Program-made: the position numbers and the translations under genes
NCBI GenBank assembly: GCA_964016885.1
Contig: OZ024743.1
Span: forward strand, 46,872,001-46,936,000
DNA length: 64,000 nt
Reading direction: 5' to 3'
Source of the DNA: Eledone cirrhosa
Lineage: Eukaryota
Notes under the pieces: generated by a model
The model's input: only the letters and a program-made list of their open reading frames with translations
Databases searched by the model: none
Told to the model about the DNA's origin: nothing
Part shown: positions 57,878 through 64,000 of the stretch, piece by piece
Position numbering within the stretch: position 1 is the first letter of the stretch
Layout: the number at the start of each line of letters is the position of its first letter

Positions 57878-58102
57878 CTCTTTTACCTGTTCCAGCCATC
57901 TGGCTGAGGCCATGCTGGGGCACCGCCCTTGGATTTGCGCGATGCCGACACTCAACGCAGCGAACTGCGACGCCGCTTGCTCCGACGCGTCATCTGTCTC
58001 AGTCTAATATTTGTGCTGTGACCAATGCGAAGGCCGACCAAATCGTCGTGGTCTGTTATGGCCGAGCGGGATGACGGAACAACGACGACGAACGCCACAC
58101 GC
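57878..58102 (-). mobile_element. CpG-rich non-coding element ending in the CR1/L2-like LINE tail (probable SINE)
   Basis: 57878-57930 nearly identical to 2356-2408; the upstream 170 bp are unrelated to the LINE ORF. Confidence 0.6.
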
Positions 58103-58286
58103 ATTTTTTTTTAGCCCAGTTGCATATTAAAATTTAACAAAAACTTCAAATATAGATACCTGGCAATAATTAACGCCAGGTCAATAAAATAAAGCACCAG
58201 TAATACAATGGGGCAGGGAAAAGCGGACGTAAAATGATGATGATGATGAAATACTGAGATGGCCCGAGTGAGAAAAGGAAGGTTAA

Positions 58287-58504
58287 CCCTTTATCATTTA
58301 CATTACTCTATATATACTATTATATTTTCACAGTAAATGCTTTACCTCACATAATTATCTCACATAACATCAATCTATGATTTTGATATTACTTACTTTG
58401 AGAACAATACCTTCACGTCGGTATGAGTGGCTGGTTACAGCTGGTTTGAACAGAAAGAGTTGAGAGAATTCTGGCCGGATATGGCCGGTTTAAATGCTAA
58501 AGGG
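58287..58504 (-). mobile_element. piggyBac-type MITE
   Basis: TTAA|CCCTTTATCATTTA ... TAAATGCTAAAGGG|TTAA. Confidence 0.9.
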
Positions 58505-58862
58505 TTAAGGAAAACTTAAGGACTCAGGTATCTTTACAAAGAATCTTGTAATTAAGGAATTGTTAGATTTGATATATTTTTTAGATGTAAACCCTATCGT
58601 TCTTTATTGGTACTATGATGGTTATTTATAGTTACCAACTAGTAGAATGGCCCGGCGCTGCTTGGGATTTGCTCTAGGGTTCTTATTTATATATTTGATA
58701 TATATTTATCCTTATCGAGCCTCGTGAAATAATTACTTTTGTTTATATTTTATGATTGTGTATGCAAAAATATCTGTACACGAATATATAATTATATATA
58801 AGAGAGTATTGAAGTTTGCTTGAGGCATTGTGGAATAATAAATTTTTTTGGTCATTATTTCG

Positions 58863-59017
58863 GATTCGCATCCATCAACTGGGGGGTTTTCCGGGGGGGG
58901 GGGGGAGTTATCTGTTGGAGAGGAACGGTACACGTGGCCTCTGTTGTCTGAACAACATTCCTCTCCGACAGATAACTCCCCGCCCCCCGGAAACCCCCCA
59001 GTTGATGGATGCGAATC
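58863..59017. repeat. GC-rich hairpin, ~60-bp arms
   Basis: GATTCGCATCCATCAACTGGGGGG...GAGAGGAA / TTCCTCTC...CCCCCCAGTTGATGGATGCGAATC. Confidence 0.88.
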
Positions 59018-59217
59018 AAAATATAGGGACAATTAAATCTCTCCCAAGGTAACTCTATCTCGTGTTGTTATTTTTATTTTTTGCGCTCTTCCCTACGTTC
59101 CTCTACACACTATACATCTCATTCTACATTCCCTTACATCCCTCTCTTCACCACCGGATTCTGTTACCCGGAGATTTACCCATCTGCATTGTTGAGGCTT
59201 CCAAAACGAACAAAAAA

Positions 59218-59254
<37 letters not shown>

Positions 59255-59257
<3 letters not shown>

Positions 59258-59582
59258 GATATTTAAAAATGGAAACTATATTTATAAAACCATATCTATT
59301 TTATTATATATATTTCAAGGACACCATGTTAAATTATGGTATGCTTTCATCAGACAAAATACAATATATTCCAGTTTTATAAATAAATTTTGACATACCC
59401 TTTCAAAATGCAACCGTTACTTACATGGTATCCTTGAAATATATATAATAAAATAGATATGGTTTTATAAATATAGTTTCCATTTGTTAATATCGTATAT
59501 TTACTCCAAATACTTGTCGAGTGCTTTATATCAGTTATAAAAATATTTGCTTGTTGTATCCCAACAATTTAAATAGAACTTT

Positions 59583-59587
<5 letters not shown>
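59255..59587. mobile_element. Second inverted Penelope-like remnant flanked by (TA)n
   Basis: 59255-59329 is the reverse complement of ~59423-59498; homologous to 56373-57430. Confidence 0.7.
59297..59361 (-). ncRNA. Type I hammerhead ribozyme motif
   Basis: TATTTTGT-CTGATGA-AAGCATACCA/TGGTGTCCTT-GAAA-TATATA-TA-ATAAAATA. Confidence 0.78.
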
Positions 59588-59673
<86 letters not shown>

Positions 59674-60669
59674 ACAGATTAAAGATTAAGCAAAGAATCG
59701 CTGCTTTCACCCTTAACGGGATCTTCTGAAACTAAAATAAATCTGTGAACGCAGAAGTAAATATTTCGAAAAACGTTACACACTATATATATATACACAC
59801 ACTATATATACATATATACACACACACACACACACCGCGCCATAATGACGTAATGCAGACAGTCAGACATACAGACAGATATTATAAAGGCGCAACGTCA
59901 TATCTATGTATCTATCTAAAAAGAGAAAGACTAAGAGAGAGAGAAAGAGATCGCTAAATCGCCTAATGCGGTCCCTAGGTCATTGAAAATTTGAAATAAT
60001 TTTGGCTCAGAACACTCGCAGGACCATAAGTATTACATGTGTAAAGTTTGAAAACAATCGGTTGGGTGGTTCTCGTTTTTAGTGATTGGACAGACAGACA
60101 GACAAACAGACATTCTCTGTTTTAGTAATATAGACTAGCAGAAAACCACCCTTGGGGCGGTTTTCTGCTAGCAAATCTAGTGTATATACTGATATTGTTG
60201 AGATTTGGATGAGAAATGTTTTCGGCACCACATGTTCACCGTCTCTCGGTGTGTCTTTTATGCATGTATAAATATATATGTTATCTATACGGTGAAATCT
60301 TTGAAATAAATATATGTTAAAACGAAAAAGGAGAAAAAGAGATTAGTGACGGAAATATAAACGTTATGATACATAAACGTTATGATATAACGATGGAAAT
60401 ATATCTTCAAATGGTCCTTGGCATGGTGTCAAGTCAGAACCGCCTCGAACTGGTTACTTCTGGCTTGTGCAAGGTGTCTCTATAGCAACCAGTGATTCCC
60501 TCGGCCTCAGTGACCAAAGTCAGTGGAGAGGGGAAGGTAATGTTTCTATAGCGACAGTGTTTCTCTTGGTAGTACCAAAGTGGAGAAAGGAAGGGGAAGG
60601 TAATATTTCTGTAGCACCTACATTTGAGTTTTAGGGAAGGGCAGACAGACAGGCAGACAGACAGACAAA

Positions 60670-60744
60670 CAGAGAAATGCCCATATATTTCTGTGTGTGT
60701 ATATATATATATATATTACACACACAGAAATGTATATATATTTC

Positions 60745-60804
<60 letters not shown>

Positions 60805-61591
60805 ATTACACACACAGAAATGTATATATATTTCTGTGTGTATATATATATATATTACACACACAGAAATGTATATATATTTCTGTGTGTATATATATAT
60901 TTCTGTGTGTGTATATATATATATATATTACACACACAGAAATGTATATATATTTCTTAGAACAAAATTATTATTAATGTTTTGCTGTTCATAACAATTG
61001 GAATTAAAAAATTACTTTTGAAATTATTAGTTATTTTACTAATGCTTAGATATGTAAAAATGAAGCAATGTTTCTAATAATTGTTTCTACTTTTGGCACA
61101 AGGCCAGCAATTACCCAGTACATTACTGGTACTTTATTTTATCGACCCCGTGAGGATGAAAAGCAAAGTTAACCTCGGCGGTATTTGAACTCAGACCGTA
61201 AAGGGACGTAACTCCATGCTATGAAGCATGGTGTCCGACTCTCTACAGATTCTGCCAATCCACCGCCCTAATGTATGTACGTAATGAGGGAGTGAGAGGG
61301 GAGAGAAAGAAAGGCAGAGGTGAAGTGACGAAGTGACTCTCTCCTCCTCCTCCTCCTCCATCTCCCCATTCGTCACAGCGATAGAGGGGAGGAATGTTAG
61401 TGTGTTACAAAGAGAAAGAGTGAGAGTGAGAGAAACAGACAGACTAAAAGAGAGGGATAGCTGGAGAGAGAGATAGCAACAGATACAGTACAGTAGCTAA
61501 GGGATGTATATATATTTCTGTGTGTATATATATATACATTTCTGTGTGTGTAATATATATATATATACACACAGAAATATATATACATTTC

Positions 61592-61634
<43 letters not shown>

Positions 61635-61710
61635 CACACAGAAATGTATATATATTTCTGTGTGTATATATATATATATTACACACACAGAAATGTATAT
61701 ATGTTTCTGT
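60670..61710. repeat. Two blocks (60670-60957, 61505-61710) of palindromic units TTTCTGTGTGTG(TA)nTTACACACACAGAAA
   Basis: Directly visible. Confidence 0.8.
61078..61270 (-). mobile_element. tRNA-derived SINE, family A, full length
   Basis: Family consensus including the GGGCGGTGGATTGGCAGAAT head. Confidence 0.9.
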
Positions 61711-61912
61711 AGCACTCCTCAATTCCCCTCTCTCTTCCTCCCGCTATCCCCCTCTTGTAGTCTGTCTCTTTCTTTCAGTCTCACTCTACGCGTGCGCAAA
61801 AAACATTCGCACGCGCGCACGTGTTTCCACTGTCGGACAGACAGACAGACAGACAGAGAAATTGCTGGTTATATATTATAAGAAGATAATACACATATCA
61901 CTTTCTTTTTCA

Positions 61913-61971
<59 letters not shown>

Positions 61972-63200
61972 CACCACTACCAGCAGTGCCGCTGCTACCC
62001 CCACCGACACCTCCGTCACCAGCGCCACCATCACCACTACCACCATCATCACCATCACTACCTCCATCACCACTGCCTCCACCACCATCGCCACCACCAC
62101 CTCCACCACCACCACCTCCGTCACCAGCAACACCACCACCGCTACCACCATCATCACCACCACCACCTCCGTCACCACTGCCACTACCACCTCCACCACC
62201 ACCACCACCACCACCTCCGTCACCACCAACACCACCACCGCTACCACCATCATCACCACCACTACCACCACCTCCATCACCATCGCCACCGCCACCGCTA
62301 CCGCCATCATCACCACCACCACCTCCGTCACCACTGCCACCACCACCTCCACCACCACCACCACCACCTCCGTCACCACCAACACCACCACCGCTACCAC
62401 CATCATCACCACCACCACCACCACCTCCATCACCATCGCCACCGCCACCGCTACCGCCATCATCACCACCACCACCTCCGTCACCACTGCCACCACCACC
62501 TCCACCACCACCACCACCACCTCCGTCACCACCAACACCACCACCGCTACCACCATCATCACCACCACCACCTCCATCACCACTGCCACCACCACCTCCA
62601 CCACCACCACCACCACCTCCGTCACCACCAACACCACCACCGCTACCACCATCATCACCACCACCACCACCACCTCCGTCACCACCAACACCACCACCGC
62701 TACCACCATCACCACCACCACCTCCGTCACCACTGCCACCACCACCTCCACCACCACCACCACCACCTCCGTCACCACCACCTCCACCACCACCACCACC
62801 ACCTCCGTCACCACCAACACCACCACCGCTACCACCATCATCACCACCACCACCTCCATCACCATCGCCACCGCCACCGCTACCACCATCATCACCACCA
62901 CCACCTCCGTCACCACTGCCACCACCACCTCCACCACCACCACCACCACCTCCGTCACCACCAACACCACCACCGCTACCACCATCATCACCACCACCAC
63001 CTCCATCACCACTGCCACCACCACCTCCACCACCACCACCACCACCACCTCCGTCACCACCAACACCACCACCGCTACCACCATCATCACCACCACCATC
63101 TCCGTCACCACTGCCACCACCACCACCTCCACCACTACCACCACCTCCGTCACCACTGCCACCACCACCACCACCTCCGTCACCACCAACACCACCACTA
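61913..63200. repeat. (ACT)n seed followed by an (ACC)n-based repeat with higher-order units
   Basis: Recurring ACCTCCGTCACCACCAACACCACCACCGCTACCACCATCATC blocks. Confidence 0.95.
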
Positions 63201-63544
63201 ATAAAATTGACATTAGAAATGAAGTGAAACAATGTCAATTATGAAATTCTAGGCAACTAAATCATAATTAGTGTAATAAGGTGATAATTAATTAGAGAAT
63301 AAACTATACAGTTGTATGACCAATTAGTTCAATATGATGATCCTCTGTTTTAACGATGAATATTCATGTGTTCAGTCAACTGAACATCCAACACATGAGT
63401 TAGCTCCTCTGATACTGCCTGAGACTGCTCCTGTTTAACTATTGTATTTTCATGGTAAAGGCTTTATCTCACATAATTATCTCACATAATATCGAATCTA
63501 TGAGATTTTGATAGTTATTAACTATTTTGAGAACAATACCTTAA

Positions 63545-63765
63545 CCCTTTAGCATTTACATTATTTTATATATACTTTTGTATTTTTGTGGTAAAGGTTT
63601 TACCTTACATCATTATCTCACATAATATCGAATCTATGAGATTTTGATGATGTTTATTTTGAGAATAATACCTTAATGTTAGTATGAGTGGCCAGTTTCA
63701 GCCAGTTTGAACAGAAAGAAGTGAGAGAGGTCTGGCCGGATATGGCCGGTTTAAATGCTAAAGGG
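63545..63765 (-). mobile_element. piggyBac-type MITE, preceded by a partial family copy (63438-63544)
   Basis: TTAA|CCCTTTAGCATTTA ... TAAATGCTAAAGGG|TTAA. Confidence 0.9.
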
Positions 63766-63785
63766 TTAAAATGTATATTTATCTA

Positions 63786-63930
63786 AAGGTGGTGAATTGG
63801 CAGAGTTGATAGAACGTCAGATAGAATGCTTTGCAGTATTTGTTCTGACTCTCTGCTCTCTGAGTTCAAATCCTGCGAGGTCATCTTTGCCTTTCAGCTA
63901 TTAGAAGTTGATAAAAAAGTAGTACTGGGG
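63786..63930 (+). mobile_element. Diverged relative of SINE family A
   Basis: GGTGGTGAATTGGCAGA..., GAGTTCAAATCC, CTTTGCCTTTCA, GATAAAAAAGTAGTACTGG. Confidence 0.7.
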
Positions 63931-64000
63931 CCGATTCTTTCTTTATATCGCTTTCTCACTTCCCCTCTCTCACTTTCTATCTTTCTCTGGAAGGAATCTG

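Larger units (their letters stand above)
58639..60134 (-). mobile_element. Non-autonomous Helitron-like element 1
   Basis: Minus strand starts TCTATATTACT...(CTGT)n and ends with an imperfect GC hairpin CCCAAGCAGCGCCGGG plus CTAG|T. Confidence 0.65.
60135..61886 (-). mobile_element. Non-autonomous Helitron-like element 2
   Basis: Minus strand A|TCTTCTTATAATATATAACC...(CTGT)n start; 3' hairpin CTAGCAGAAAACC...GGTTTTCTGCTAG ending in CTAG directly before element 1. Confidence 0.62.

Noticed and set aside
61520-63244. Thr-rich mucin, extensin-like or Gly-rich protein
   Set aside because: (ACC)n-based repeat open in four frames, with microsatellite-derived N-termini. An exon cannot be excluded without RNA data but is unsupported.

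Overview
Gene-free, extremely repeat-dense eukaryotic DNA. The SINE/LINE families and the long TA/CA/CT microsatellites look like an octopod cephalopod genome (inference). No host protein-coding exon could be supported, and almost all long ORFs in the track are translations of simple repeats. Contents: kb-scale microsatellites; a 41-bp GC-rich minisatellite; a ~17-kb 14-bp satellite (33.1-50.1 kb); fragments of non-LTR retrotransposons from five clades (CR1/L2-like, RTE, R4/Dong, L1/Tx1, CRE); about a dozen copies of one tRNA-derived SINE; piggyBac-, hAT- and Tc1/mariner-type MITEs; and two probable non-autonomous Helitrons joined head-to-tail. The most interesting signals are: (1) palindromic Penelope-like remnants at 56.4-57.4 and 59.3-59.6 kb carrying type I hammerhead ribozyme folds with compensatory changes; (2) a PHD-type C4HC3 finger inside the RT of a young RTE element; (3) a degenerate HDV-like ribozyme in an RTE 5' end; (4) a stem-loop 3' tail shared by a LINE and non-coding elements; (5) a satellite whose A/C variant switches G-quadruplex potential and which shows kb-scale higher-order duplication. 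Boundaries of degenerate elements were read by eye and are approximate.
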